In this document: piece by piece, positions 24,678 through 39,148 of the stretch
How positions within the stretch are numbered: the first letter of the stretch is position 1
Layout: each line of letters opens with the position of its first letter
NCBI GenBank assembly: GCA_951406725.2
Contig: OX597817.1
Coordinates: 160,022,001 to 160,086,000, forward strand
Source of the DNA: Octopus vulgaris
Lineage: Eukaryota
Direction of reading: 5' to 3'
DNA length: 64,000 nt
Made by a program: the position numbers and the translations under genes
The notes under the pieces: model-generated
Told to the model about the DNA's origin: nothing
The model's database searches: none
Seen by the model: the letters and a program-made list of their open reading frames with translations, nothing else

Positions 24678-25232
24678 GCCCAGATGCAGTACCAGTCACT
24701 GGCTCTCATGGCTTCTGATCTTAACTGATGAGAAGCATTATCAAGCACATTGTTTTGTTTTGGTATAAAGGATAGGCTACAGCAAATATTCTGCTCAATA
24801 CCTCAGATTTGCTTGTCAGTTGTTTGATCTTAACCAGTTGAGCATGAACCTTGGTGGTTGATGATATGTGCATCTCTGATTGTGAGCAGAAGTAGTGGGG
24901 GAGCATCATAGCCATGTATTGAGAGGAATTCTTTGGGCTTTGAATAATTTAACCTCTGGAAACATGGGTTTTTCATTCAACATCCTTAAAGAACCCTTGT
25001 TCAAGGACCTTTTCAGTGGGATGGGCTACTCGACCTGAAGAAAATTCTAACTGGGACCCACCTGCAAGATCATGTGCTGTTTAACTTGATATGACATCAC
25101 CATGTCATGCACATATGGTTGTGATGCATGTGCCTAGTGTACCCTTATCAGACGGATAGTCATGATGGATATACTGGGTTTCATATATTTTACCCCAGCA
25201 TCACTTTGATGGCATGCACTGCTCTCTCACTC
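24676..25232 (+). mobile_element. ~550-bp non-coding (TAA)n-associated element
   Basis: Starts ATGCCCAGATGCAGTACCAG and ends GCACTGCTCTCTCACTC-(AAT)n. Same ends as 12485-13026. Confidence 0.8.
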
Positions 25233-25268
<36 letters not shown>

Positions 25269-25269
25269 A

Positions 25270-25487
25270 AAAATGGTTTCAAAATTTGGTACAAGGCCAA
25301 CAAATTCAAGGGTTCGGGTAAGTCAATAACATCGAACCCAGTGTTCAACTGGTACTTATTTTATTGACCCTGAAAGGTTGAAAAGCAAAGTCAACCTTGA
25401 TGGAATTTGAACTCAGAACACAGAGACGGACAACATGCTGCTAAACATTTTGTCTGGTGCACTAATGATTTTGCTAGCTTTCCACAC
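25270..25487 (-). mobile_element. Family B (Nin-like) SINE
   Basis: CTGGTACTTATTTTATTGACCCTGAAAGG...GAATTTGAACTC. Confidence 0.75.
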
Positions 25488-25510
25488 TAATAATAATAAT
25501 AATAGTAATA

Positions 25511-25579
<69 letters not shown>

Positions 25580-26449
25580 TGCAGCAGCAGCAGCAGCAGT
25601 TGTAGTAGTAGTAGCAGCAGTAGTAGTTGCCTTTTTATTTAAGAAAATGTCTCTATGATGTGTATTATGAAATCCTGGTATTGTTTATATTAGGAAGAGT
25701 TCGGTGTTTTTTTTTATTTTTCTTCCTTGTTGTTCATTTTTGGAAGTGTGTAGAGAATTATGATATTAGAAATATTATATCTTATTAATATTTTATCAGG
25801 GGATATATTAAAGAGTAAGCCTCAGTAAATGTCAAGATTCTGAGATGAGTTGTTCTTATTAAAGAATATAATATTTCATGCTAATAGCCTCATCTTTAGA
25901 ACCTATATTTGTACCTATATTTATAGCTACATCATATTTTTATGATCTTCTATTATCATCAGGTGTCTTATTCCTGGCTTTGAACTTAGAATGGCTTTCA
26001 ACTAGGAACTTTTACTTTTAAATTAAAGGTGGTATTAATTTCATCTGCTAAACCATTGCAGTATGTGCACTGGTCTAGTGGTTGAGGAATAAAAGTTCCT
26101 AGTTTAGAAATAAAAGTTCCTAGTTCAAATCCAACCATATCTCTCTCTCTCTCCCTCTCTCTCTCTCTCTATCACCAGAAATAAGACCCCTAATAATGAT
26201 TGGCAATCAAACTAATCAAAACAGAGTATGAATGTGTGGCAAGCAAGGGTAATATTTCCTTATGGCCAGTCATATTTTCACAGAAACGAGGAAAAAACAA
26301 CACCATCTGTACATTGGTTACACTTCTTTAAAACTTGCATGATGTCAAGACAAGAAGGTGCACATCCGTCTGAAAAAAACTGTCTCAGCAAATTCCGTCT
26401 GACCTATGTGAGTATGTAAAAGTGGACGTTAAATAATCTATTAACTTTT

Positions 26450-26840
26450 ATCTTTTACTTGTTTCAGTTATTAGAGTGCAGCTATGCTGTGGCACCACCA
26501 TTGAAGGATTTTTAGTTGAATGAATTGACTCCAACATATATTTTGGGTTTTTTTAAGCCTGGTACCCTTTGCTGGACTACTAACTTACGGGGGATGTAAA
26601 CACACCAACACCGGTTGTCGAGCTATGGTGGGGGACAAACACTGACACAAAAACACACACACACGCATATATATATACAATGGGCTTCTTTCAGTTTCCA
26701 CCTACCAAATCCACTGACAATGCTTTGGTTAGCCTGAGGCTATAGTTGAGGACACTTCCTCAAGGTGTCATGCAGTGGGACTGAACCTGGAACCATATGG
26801 TTGTGAAGCAAGCTCCCTACCACACAGCAACACCTGCACC
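26450..26840 (-). mobile_element. SINE family A
   Basis: Family A tail and head on the minus strand. Followed by a family B copy at ~26870-27060. Confidence 0.8.
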
Positions 26841-28485
26841 TAATGTTGATGATAATAATAATAATAATCTTTTCTCCTGAAAGTACAAGGCCTGAAATTT
26901 GCGGGGAGGGGACTAGTCAATTAGATTGACTCCAGTGTTTCACTGGTACTTAATTTATTGACCCCAAAAAAGATGAAAGGCAAAGTCGACATCAGCAGAA
27001 TTTGAACTCAGAATGTAAGGGCAGATGAAATGTCACTAAACATATCACCTGGTGTGCCGATTCTTCTACCTGGTGTGATTTGAAGAAATTTGGTTACTAT
27101 TCCTAACAAGCCAGATGATTGCATTAAAGTGTCCTCAATGGCTCAACCTATGATAAATAGAAATTACAGACAAGCATAGCAACACCAGTCATTGTATGAA
27201 ATATCCTCCCTGGTTTACTATGATGCAGTCTTATTGAAATAACTAATTCACAACTGTGCAGTATTCTGTATAAAAGGTTTCAAATCACTTCCTCACTTCC
27301 TTACATCCACTCTGTTTATTTACTATTCTTACCCTTTTCACCTTTTACCTATTCTTTCACTCATTGGACTATGGCCATGCTGGGGCACTGCCCCAACGGG
27401 TTTAGTTGGAGAAATTGACCCCAACAGTAATCTATTTTTTAAGTCTGGTACTTATTTGTTGGACTGCTAAGTGACTTGGATGTAAACAAACCAACTGTGA
27501 TTGGGAAAAAAATGCACACACACACACACACACACACACATGTTATATAGATGGACTTCCACACAGTTCCCATCTACCAAGTTCACTTGGGTCGCATAGA
27601 GCTGTAGTGGAAGACATCTGCCCAAGGTGCCACACAGTGGGACTGAACCTGAAACCACATGGTTGTAAAATGAGCTTCTTAACCACACAGCCATGCCTCT
27701 ACACCTATAAATTAGTACAAGAAAACCCAGAGAGGAAATACAGAAATTAAAGTGTCTTAATAAACAAATAAAAACGTAGAAGTTGTAAATTATTCTAAAT
27801 ATATTTCCTTCCATAAATGTTATGAAAATGGTTTGTAGTTTGTTATATTGATATTTTAGAGTCAAAATGGTTTAGAAGCAGGGTCACTTCACTAAATTTC
27901 ACCAATTCATAACAACCATTGGAAAGGAAGTAATTTTCTACAGTCCTGATGCTGAATAATAGCATCTAGAGCTTTCTGTTTGAGCTTTCAATTAGTCACA
28001 ATGAATGAAGAGTTCAACAAAGAGGTGAGCAGCAGCTTAACAGAGTGTACTCACCCACATCCAGTTGGATGAGAAGAGTCTGGACAGAGAGAAATCATTC
28101 AAATTGTTCATAAAGGAGCATTGGTCAGTTTAATGTACAGTAGTATGTATGCTTCACTGAGCAAGCCAGTTTGATGATGCTCCCTCTGTCTCTCTCTCTC
28201 TCTCTCTTGCTCTCTCTCTCTCTCTCCCTCTCCTCTTCCCGCCTCTCTCCCTCTACTATATAATATTTATGTACATGTGTGGGTGTACTTTGGAAACATT
28301 TGTAAACAGCCATCACTTCAAGCTCACACATTGAAAAACTTTTCTGTTTAATCCCTTACCAGAAAGTAAGCAAATAAATATAATAAAATATAAATAACTG
28401 GAGCCTTTATATAGTACATACATACATACATACATGTATATATATATACACACACATACACATATGTATATATATATGTGCATGT

Positions 28486-28529
<44 letters not shown>

Positions 28530-28560
28530 ACATGTATATATATATGTGCATGTGTTTATA

Positions 28561-28592
<32 letters not shown>

Positions 28593-30052
28593 CATACATA
28601 TATGGATATATGTACACACATATATATATGCATACATGCATATATATACATATGCACACACACACATATATATATGTATGCACACACACACACGCACATA
28701 TGTATATATGTATGTATAGGTGTGTGCATGTATATATAAAAAATATATGTATATATATGTATATATATGTATATATATATGTATATATATGGCCACAGCT
28801 CATTAGCTGAAACTGGAAAAATCAAAATCAAAAATATATATATATATATACACACATACATATATGTGTGCAATAATGTGCGAATAATTATACATACATG
28901 TGTGTGTGTATGTATGTATGTGTGTGTGTGTGTGTGTGAGATATACACACACACACACACAGAGAAATGTATTTCCTTTTGTTTTGTTTTTGTTGTTTTG
29001 TTTTCCATTCAGTCCTCTAAAGGGTCAAAGTTTATGTTGGGAGTTAAGACTTTTATAGCATCAGATTGAATGGGACTAAATGTGGCTTTACATTCTTTAA
29101 TCTTAAGTCTATGATTCATTTTGACATAGAGGTAGGTTGTTTGATCTGATATTACACCCAGATGTCTGGTTTTTAATCCTACTATACAGTTGTTGAAATA
29201 AATATTAGAAAGCCTATCTGTGAGGTAAACAACAATGTAAACACATTCGTATGCTTTTGCTATATTTCATCTTTTACTTGTTTCAGTCATTGGACTATGG
29301 CCATGCTGGGACACCACTTTAAAGGGCCTCGTTGAACAAATTAGCCCTAGTATATATTTTTTTTATTCTAGTATTTCTTGTTTCAGACACTTCTACTGAA
29401 CTGCTAAGTTATAATGTGAACAAACTAACACCAAGCTGGTTGCCAGTTGAAGCAAATACAAAGACACCTTCTCATATGCATGCACGCACGCACGTACACA
29501 CACACACACACACACACAGGTTATGTTTAAAATCAAAATTTAGGTAAGGGACTTTAAAATGTAACATCTGGTTGTAAGCTGAAACAATCATCATGCTAAA
29601 TAAAGCTTACAGCACATTCTGTCTTCTCTATCAATTATTTAATGTGTGTGTGTGTGTGTGACAGACTTCTTTCAGTTTCCATCTACCAAATCCACTCACA
29701 AAGCTTTGTAAGAAGACACTTACCCACCCAAGGTACCATGCAATGGGACTGAACCCAGAACCACATGGTTGGGATTTTGAAAGAGTCACATATTAAAGTC
29801 TTTAAACACACTCGTCAGTTGTTGTTTGTCTATATTTTCTTCATTTTTTTTTCTCAAAAATATTTTGTCAACCCAAACTTATGGCCTTATCAATTGGTAA
29901 AGATTATCAAAATCTACACTAATTGAGAGGGCTGAACCAAAATCTGTGGTTTGGTGTGGTGTAAATTTTGGGGCCAAAGAGAGAAAATATAGACAAACAA
30001 CCAATGTAGCTGTTTATAAATCTTTGAAAATGTAACAATATTATAAATAATA

Positions 30053-30573
30053 CTGTAAATCCTTGAGTATAATCCGCATTTTTCCCCCAAAATTTAAAGG
30101 TCAAAATCCCTAGTGCGTACTATATACGAGGTTAAAAATGAAAATTATTTTCTAAGCAATGTCCGAGTCTCTATTTGCTGTCCGGCAATGTTTATTCAGA
30201 TGCATTTTGTGATGTCGGGCACGAAAATACCTTAAGCTAAGCCTGAAAGCAATGAAGTCATAAAAGAATCATCCATAACTTGCAGTAAGCAACATTTATT
30301 AAACGTTATTACTGTTATTATTGTTATTTATTTATTTTCTGCAAACAAAATGCACAAAAATGCTACACGTTTGCATTATGTTATATATACAATAATAATA
30401 AAGGACGTTACTGTATACAGTTTTACGAACCAAGGACATTATATAGACCTCCTTGACTCGAGTTAGAGAAGGGGTGCGTATAATACACAAGGTTTAGGTT
30501 TTTCAGAGGTACAGCCCCCTACAAATCCCCTGCATATTATACTCAAGGGCGGACTACACTCGAGGATTTATGG
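30053..30573 (+). mobile_element. Tc2-like MITE, copy 2
   Basis: TA-CTGTAAATCCTTGAGTATAATCCGC...GCGGACTACACTCGAGGATTTATGG-TA. Internal sequence matches 10930-11440. Confidence 0.9.
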
Positions 30574-31014
30574 TACTTATATTTTAAATATAAAGACTAC
30601 ATTTTAGATATATTCTTTTCTTTAATTCTTTTAGAGGTTTCAGTTGTAAGACTGCGGCCATGGTGGAGCAACACTTTATTTTCTATCAGCTTTGTTGTCA
30701 CTTTGGCTGGATGTTGGTTTGTGATTAAGTTTGTAGCAACTGATCTTCACTGAGCGTATTCTTGAATGATTGGCTGGTCCAGTTTATCTAATGTTTTCCT
30801 TAATGATTCAGTAGACGTTTCTTTATATTTCTGATTTCTTTATATAACGAGTTGAACAGTTGAGAATCTATAAATATCAGACCAGTACAATGGAGTACTT
30901 TTGTTCATGATTTCAAAGGCGGTGTATTTGAGAGCAGACAGGATATAATACTTATATTTTAAATGCATTTTCAAAACAGATATAATATGAGTAGGTCATT
31001 GTATTATCAAGTGA

Positions 31015-31342
31015 AGGTGCATGGCTCAGTGGTTAGGGCGTCGAGCTTACAATTGTGAGGTTGTGAGCTCGAATCCTGGACCGGGCTGCGTGTTGTGTTC
31101 TTGAGCAAGATGCTTTATTTCATGTTGCTCCAGTTCACTCAGCTGTAAAAATGAGTTGCGACGTCACAGGTGCCAAGCTGTATCGGCCTTTGCCTTTCCC
31201 TTGGTTAACACTGGTGGCATGGAGAGGGGAAGCCGGTATGCATGGGCAACTGCTGGTCTTCCATAAAAAACAAAACTTGCCTGGGAGGGTAACTTTCTAG
31301 GTGCAATCCCATGGTCTGTGTCATGACTGAAGGGGGTCTCAG
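31015..31342 (+). mobile_element. tRNA-head SINE family C
   Basis: GGTGCATGGCTCAGTGGTTAGGG (A box), GAGCTCGAATCC (B box), GTGTTCTTGAGCAAG. Ends GGGGGTCTCAG. Confidence 0.85.
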
Positions 31343-32423
31343 ATTGTGTTATCAGTGGGCAGAAGCATGACTGATGAAGTCCTAAATCCAATATAATTTC
31401 ATTGTAAAAGTCCTCAAGGCAACAAGACAGCCGAATCATTAGTGCATTGGGCAAAATGCTTTGCAGCATGTTCCAGCCCTTCACATTCCAAGTTCAGTTC
31501 CTACTAAGGTCAAATTTGCCTTTCATCTCCCTACAGTCAATAAAATAAGGTTCCAGTCAAGTATTGGGTTGGTGTAATGGAGTAACCCCAATGCACCTCG
31601 AAATTACTAACCTTGTACCAAAATTAATAATTTTCATAAAATTTCAACACAGTGGATATTAGCCTAAGCTAATATCCGAAAAAAAGCACATGCTGGTTGG
31701 GATAGTTTAAGAAAATATGGATAATAAACTTCAGTCTAATTAAAATAATGGGGGGGGGGGGTGATTTTTTTTTTTTAATATTGGGGAATGACATTTATAA
31801 AACCACTTCCTGTGAAAGAGGAAATTGAGCTACAAAAGTTTGAGAACCACTATGTCAGAGGTTTGCTTTTCAAGGGGAGGAAATATTAGGAGAGTAAGTT
31901 TAGTGTAGGTTTGTTGTATGAGACACAATGAGAGGTTGTTATAAGCAAGGAGATAGACAGAGGCAACAGGTAGATTTGGGTAGTAGCTGGAGACAACAGG
32001 TGGATTTTGGGTAGCAGGTGGAGGCAACAGGTGGATTTGGGCAGTAGTGGATTTGGTAAATATATATTAAGAAGACAGAAGCTACTTAAACAATGCTTGT
32101 TGTTCTGCTGTGAATCTGCACCATAATAAAGCAACTCCCTTCTATTGGGGTGCTTCATTATTTTTCTGAATGAATTTTTACATGTTTGAGAAAGTTACAA
32201 AGGGTAACCAGCTACAAGGAGAAAGTTATGAAATTCTTACATTCTCTTGGTCTCAGCAGACAAAATGGAAATGGCATTGTTTTGTTATTGTTGTTGTTGC
32301 CTTGATTTATCTTCTTCTCAAGTATGGCATAATGCCAAATGTCTTGGACATTTGTGTTTGCCTCAGTGAAGCCCACATTCAAAAGGTGCTTTTTACTTGC
32401 CACTAGCATTGGCCACCTTATGA

Positions 32424-32455
<32 letters not shown>

Positions 32456-33239
32456 GTGTGTGTGTGTGTGTGTTTGTGTTTGTGTGTGTTTGTTCCTCAC
32501 CACTGCTTCCCAACTGGTGTTGGTTTGTTTATATCCCTATAACTTAGCACTTCTGGCAAAACTGACCAATAAAATAAGTACCCGGTTTTAAAAAGAAAAA
32601 TAATTACTTGAATCAATTCATTCAACTAAAACACTTAAAGACAATGCTCCAGCATGGCTGCAGTGCAATGACTGAAACAAATAAAAAATAAAAGATAAGT
32701 CAACCCGGATCAATAACATTCCAGCCATGGCCATCACATCTTTTTCTTCAGCACAATGAATCCAGAACTCCATTATTCATAATGCCCTTCTTAATGTGAT
32801 TTGAGCAGGATTGACTGCTATTTCAGTTTCTCACCCTAAAGTGACATTGTTTCCATGGTTATTGTTGTTGTTGTTGGTGTTGCTGTAATTAGTTGCCTCC
32901 CAGGTGTTACACACCACACAAGCTCCCTAATTTCTCACCACCACCACCACCACCACCACCACCATCATCATGTTTATACCAGTGACACATTAACCCCTAG
33001 AGGTCAGCTGTGCACATATGACTTCCTGATCTCAATTCATCATTAGTTTTGGGAAGTTAGCAGCAACGCTACCACCACCACCACCACCACCACCACTACC
33101 ACTGCTACCAAAATCACCACCATTAAAGCCATCACTGCCACCAACCACCACCACCGCCACCAACAACATATACCACCTCTACCCCAAATTACCACTATCT
33201 TCATCAATATCACCAATATGGCCACTGCCACCCACACTA

Positions 33240-33249
33240 CTGTCATTAA

Positions 33250-33288
<39 letters not shown>

Positions 33289-33427
33289 CACTACTACTAC
33301 TACCGCTACTACTACCACCACTACTACTACTACCACCACCACCACCACCACCACCACCACTACTACTACTACTATCGCTACTACCACCACCACTACTACA
33401 ACCACCACCACCACCACCACCACCACC

Positions 33428-33495
<68 letters not shown>

Positions 33496-33532
33496 CACCA
33501 CCACCACCACCACCACCACCACCACCACTACC

Positions 33533-33569
<37 letters not shown>

Positions 33570-33610
33570 TCGCTACCACCACCACCACCACCACCACCAC
33601 CACCACCACC

Positions 33611-33684
<74 letters not shown>

Positions 33685-33720
33685 CACCACCACCACCACC
33701 AATACTGCTAATACCACCAT
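33240..33720. repeat. Compound (ACT)n/(ACC)n trinucleotide array
   Basis: Alternating ACT and ACC blocks. Source of the poly-Thr, poly-Val and poly-Gly/Ser ORFs. Confidence 0.95.
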
Positions 33721-33819
33721 TGCTACTGTTATCATTACTTTGAATTACAATTAACATTAATACTACCACCTCTACAACATCCCCTCTTATAAATATATAT
33801 ATATATATATATATATTTA

Positions 33820-34225
33820 CAGGGTGCAGTGAATATATTATTGTCTAAATTACGCAAAAATTATAATAACACTGATATCTCATTTTAACACATATATTTA
33901 CCAAAATAATGTAAAAATATCTTGAAATACTTAAAGAGTAAATTTATTCAATCACAACCTCCAGACGACTTCAGAATCTCCTGCAACTCTTCTAGACGGT
34001 CTCCTTGTGTAAACTGGTGAATGCTGCCATAATTCTTGCCTTTAGTTCTTCTTTGGTGTTACAAAGAGTTTTGTTGATCCTACACTCAACTGCACCCCAC
34101 ACATAATAATCAAGGGGGTTGCAGTGTGAGGAGTTAGGTGGCCAGATGTTAGGGGTGATGTGGTCCCAGAAATTATCTGACAGCCATGACTAAGTTCTCC
34201 TGCTTCAGTGGCATGGTGCAGAATT
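33820..34225 (-). mobile_element. maT (DD37D) Tc1/mariner transposon, 3' fragment with TIR
   Basis: Minus strand (N)SAPCH*SRRT*SWLSDNFWDHITPNIWPPNSSHCNPLDYYVWGAVE, with 37 residues between the second and third catalytic positions. Terminus TA-CAGGGTG at 33818-33826. Confidence 0.85.
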
Positions 34226-34339
34226 ATGGAGTGAATTTTAGGGCTTATGTATCTAATATTTTCCTATCCTCCCTTAATACAAGATGGGGACAAATAACTG
34301 TCAAATGTAAGTAATGTAAATGAGCACAGGAGTGGCTGT

Positions 34340-34755
34340 TCATAGGTGCAGGAGTAGGTAAGTAGCTTGCTTACCTACCACATGGTTCCGGGTTCATTCC
34401 CACTGCATGGCACCTTGGGCAAGTGTCTTCTACGATAGCCTCGGGCTGACCAAAGCCTTGTGAGTGGATTTGGTTGATGGAAACTAAAAGAAATCCATCG
34501 TACATATGTATATATATATATTTATATATATATATATGTATGTGTGTATATGTTTGTGTGTCTGTGTTTGTCCCCCCCACCATCGCCTGACAACTGATGG
34601 TGGTGTGTTTATGTCCCCGTAACTTAGCGGTTCAGCAAAAAGAGACTGATAGAATAAATACTAGGCTTACAAAGGATAAGTCTTGGGGTCGATGTGTTCG
34701 ACTAAAGGTGGTGCTCCAGCATGGCCACAGTCAAATGGCTGAAACAAGTAAAAGA
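34340..34755 (+). mobile_element. SINE family A
   Basis: GGTTCCGGGTTCATTCCC head, internal (TA)/(TG) tract, conserved tail. Confidence 0.9.
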
Positions 34756-36569
34756 GATGTACATAATTCCTCATCTCTTAAATAAAGACTCTACCTTGTT
34801 GAGAAACTGACGTGTTCAATAATGTAGACTGCAGGTAGACAACATCTGAAAGCACGATGGGGATAGTCATGGCTGGAGTACATTTGATCATAGATCTGTC
34901 TGCATGATCAGACAGCTCTGTTGGTGGTGGTAGTGGTGGAGCTAAACAACAACAAAAACAATTACCACAACATTACCTCAGCTATCATCAACACTAAAAA
35001 CAGATATACAATCACCATCACCATCACCACCATCCATACCATCACCAGTACCACTAGCACTACGATCACCATTTCAAACCATTTCAAACCACCACCAGTC
35101 AACAACATAGATGTACTTCTCTCCTCTTCCTTTCCCCCACTTGTAAACGAATTCACCACCACCACCACCACCACCACCATCACCACCACCACCATCACCA
35201 CCATCACCTGTAACAATACAAATATAACTGCAATATAACACTGCCTCCATCACCACCACTATCACGCCACTACCATAGCCATAACGATGACCGCCACTGA
35301 AATGTATGCAACTCCTGACACTGCCACCATCGTTACCACTGCCTCAACTACCATCACCATATATAGCAGATCTAACCATTAGCATCTTCACAATCATCAT
35401 TACCACTTCACCTCCTCAAACACCATCAGGATTTACGATATACATAGATATGAGCGCCATAACCACCACCACCAACACCACCGCCAACACCACCACCAAC
35501 ACTCCCACCGTCAGCACCATTATCACCACCAGTCAAATCAGACCACCACCACCACCACCACCACCACCTTTACCACATTAACAATATAACTGCTATCAGC
35601 AACACCAATCACTATTTGTTATTATTAATATTAAACACAAGCGGCTAAACTCCACCCATCACACTTGACTTCCATGCTACCACTACCATCAGCATCAGCA
35701 GCATCACCACCAGCACCACCACCACCACAACCATCACCACCACTGCTGCCACTACAGTCCACTTACTATCACCAGACCATCCACTACCACCACCACCACC
35801 ACCACCACCACCATCATCACCAGCACTAATGACCAGTTCATCCTTCATCAAAAGTGACTCTTAGATTAGAAGATAGGAAGAGATTCAATATGTTGGTAGA
35901 CACAGCAGTTAGTAGTCATTCATCAAAGTTACCATACATTGTAACACATCAGCATTGCAGCTGTGCTTATATATATAATGCAGCTGTGTTTACATTTGCA
36001 GCTGTTACACTCAGTGCCCATATCCTGCGTCATTTCAGCCACCAGACCCCTAAAACATCTTCAGAACATCACATTACAGCTAACTCTATTCCAGGTCTCC
36101 ATTAGCCTTCTACCCTCTGCTTCCAGCTTGCAGCATGCCTTCGAAACATCACACATTTATACTATCCATACATACTGCATATCTGATGCATGCAGCAGGC
36201 AATAGTTTTCATACACATTTGTGCAAACATGAGAGCATCTGCATAATTCCTCGACATGATTAATACAGTGACCATATCTCACTCAAACCCACCCCGTGTT
36301 GTCTCTAAAATACAGATGGCATGACCCTACATATTAATTTTGGAACCAAGAGTATTTATTCTTGCATAACTTAATTATCACTACATGTGATAATTTTCAG
36401 ATGTTTTAAAGCTGCAAAGTTTAAGGGCAACAGAACTCGTCCAAAATCTAGTATTAATTCTTACAGAAAATTTTTTTTTTATTCATTTTAACTCGAAACT
36501 TATGTTGTTGTTGTTTAACCCCAGGCCAATCCGAAACAAGCAAGGCTTTTGATGAATGATAAGTTACAC

Positions 36570-37110
36570 ATGATATATGTGAAAGCCTTTGACTACATCT
36601 GGTACAAGATTTCCGTAAGCTTCAGGGCTTCATCTCTTATATTAAATGATATGTATAAGATCACACCATTAAACTATATGTTTGAGTGAGGTTGTTGCCA
36701 GTGCCGCTGGACTGGCTCCTGTGCAGGTGGCACATAAAAAGCACTATTTGAGCGTGGCCGTTACCAGTACCACCCAACTGGCCCTCGTGCCAGTGGCACA
36801 TAAAAACACCCACTACACTCTTGGAGTGGTTGACGTTAGGAAGGTCATCCAGCTGTAGAAACTCTGCGAGATCAGATTGGAGTCTAGTGCAGCCATCTGG
36901 TTCGCCAGGCCTCAGTCAAATCGTCCAACCCATGCCAGCATGGAAGGCAGATGTTAAACAAAAATGATGATGATGATGATGATGTTATTTGGGTTCTCTC
37001 TTTTCTCTCTTGTATGTTTTATCAACTCTGGTGTACCTCAAAGTTCTGCTCTGTCCCTGCTATTATTCCTGCTGTACATTAATCCGTAAATTATATCACT
37101 ATTCACTCAT
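36570..37110 (+). pseudogene. Jockey/CR1-group reverse transcriptase relic split by a family E insertion (36685-36984)
   Basis: VKAFDYIWY at ~36579 and INSGVPQSSALSLLLFLLYIN at 37021, corresponding to the RT motifs KAFD.V.H and GVPQGS.LSP.LF. Confidence 0.65.
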
Positions 37111-37310
37111 CCTTAACCTCTTACAGACTAACATCATTGGCTTCTAAATTCGACAAGATAATGAAGGAATCTCTATGTAACCATATAGAGACTCTCCCTT
37201 ATTCTAGAAATAGTAACTGAATCTCCCTAAATTCATCTTCACTTATCTTAGAAAAAAGGTACTTTGGGTAATGTGATCCAGAAGACTTCAATTAATTGAG
37301 ATTATCCATG

Positions 37311-37603
<293 letters not shown>

Positions 37604-38675
37604 GCCATCTAACTTCAACTATGAGATTCCAGAACTCCATAGCGTTGTCAAGTAGCTAAAGTGAGTTGACGAATCACCTGTTCTGTCAACTGGCAGTAAT
37701 CTGCCAACTGGATTGGTTGACCCTCAACTGACCATTGGCTGAAGAGATTCATTTTTGCAGACTTTGTCATGCAGTTTAGCTGAATGAAGATCAAAACGCC
37801 CAACTCCACATCCATCATGTTGCTCCTCGTGACTTTGCTGTGACACTGGATCGAGGATTTTTCATCATTGATGTTAACTCCTCTGTATACACACTATTGG
37901 ATGGCTGTTGACTCTTATGAGTTCCTCTGCCCTTTGATGGGTTTTGCTTTTCATCTCACAGAGTGTCTAAATCACCCTCTTCACTAAGCAAGCTTGGTGG
38001 GGTTGCCAGTTTAGTTGCCATGCAACATATTGTACTGGGTAACATGTTACCAGAAGAACTTGAGGGTGATCTGACATATCTAATCCATGTGATTATAGAA
38101 AAAGTTCCCACTAGGAGTGCTTTGTTTACTAATTCCATGGATAATCTCCTTCTGATATATATCTTGGACCTGGTGCTTATAGATCTCATTAGAACACTCC
38201 TGAAAGATAGATGCCTCTTTGTTGTCTTGAACAACCAGCAAAAATGCTGGAGATGATAACGGAATGACTTACTCGCAAGGTAGTGTGCTGATTCCTCTGC
38301 TGTATAACATCTACACTAATGACTGGCCAGTAAACCAGAAAACTGAGTTGTTCGTCTATGCTAATGACTTCTGCATAACATCTTAAGAGAGTATGTTTGA
38401 AGCTGTAGAAGCAAACTCAGTCCTAGATGAAATACTCCGCTATTACAAACCCAACCACATACATGCCAACCCTGTGAGGACTCAAGTCTGCGAGTTCCTT
38501 CTCAGGAATCATGAAGGCAACTGATCTCTTGACATCAAGTGGTCTGTAGCACTGTACTCATTCTGCCTATCTTTGAGTAACCTTGGACTGCACTTTCTCC
38601 CTCTTAACCCTCTCTAACCTGGACCCATGTGTCTAACTTTACCCTCCATCTGGGCTCCTGAATAAAAAAATAAAT

Positions 38676-38848
38676 AGTAGGTGTAGGAGTGGCTGTGTGG
38701 TAAGTAGCTTGGTTACCAACCACATGGTTCCGGGTTCATTCCCACTGCGTGGCACCTTGGGCAAGTGTCTTCTGCTATAGCCTTGGGCCGACCAAAGCCT
38801 TGTGATTGGATTTGGTAGACAGAGACTGAAAGAAGCCCATCGTATATA

Positions 38849-38881
<33 letters not shown>

Positions 38882-39082
38882 CTGTGTTTGTCCCCCCACC
38901 AACATCGCTTGACAACTGATGCTGGTGAGTTTACGTCCCCGTAACTTAGTGGTTCAGCAAAAGAGACCGATAAAATAAGTACTAGGCTTACAAAGAATAA
39001 GTCCTGAGGTCAATTTACTCGACTAAAGGCAGTGCTCCGGCATCGCCACAGTCACATGACTGAAACAAGCAAAAGAGTAAAA
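38676..39082 (+). mobile_element. SINE family A, full length
   Basis: TAGGTGTAGGAGTGGCTGTGTGGTAAGTAGC...GACTGAAACAAGCAAAAGAG. Confidence 0.92.
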
Positions 39083-39148
39083 GATACGAAAATAAATAGT
39101 TGCATATAAAGCTTAAGAGTAACAATTGCAGGCAAACTAATGGTTAGT

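Noticed and set aside
27944-28024. AG...GTGAG bounded candidate exon
   Set aside because: Stops in all three frames. It could only be non-coding, and there is no other support.
31015-31090. Possible tRNA genes at SINE heads (also 44291-44365, 38683-38757)
   Set aside because: A and B boxes are present, but I cannot fold a convincing cloverleaf, and each runs directly into a multi-copy SINE body.
33043-33769. Mucin-like or poly-Gly/Ser ORFs (also 37288-37640, 62874-63974)
   Set aside because: Pure trinucleotide microsatellites, open on both strands, with no splice or domain evidence.
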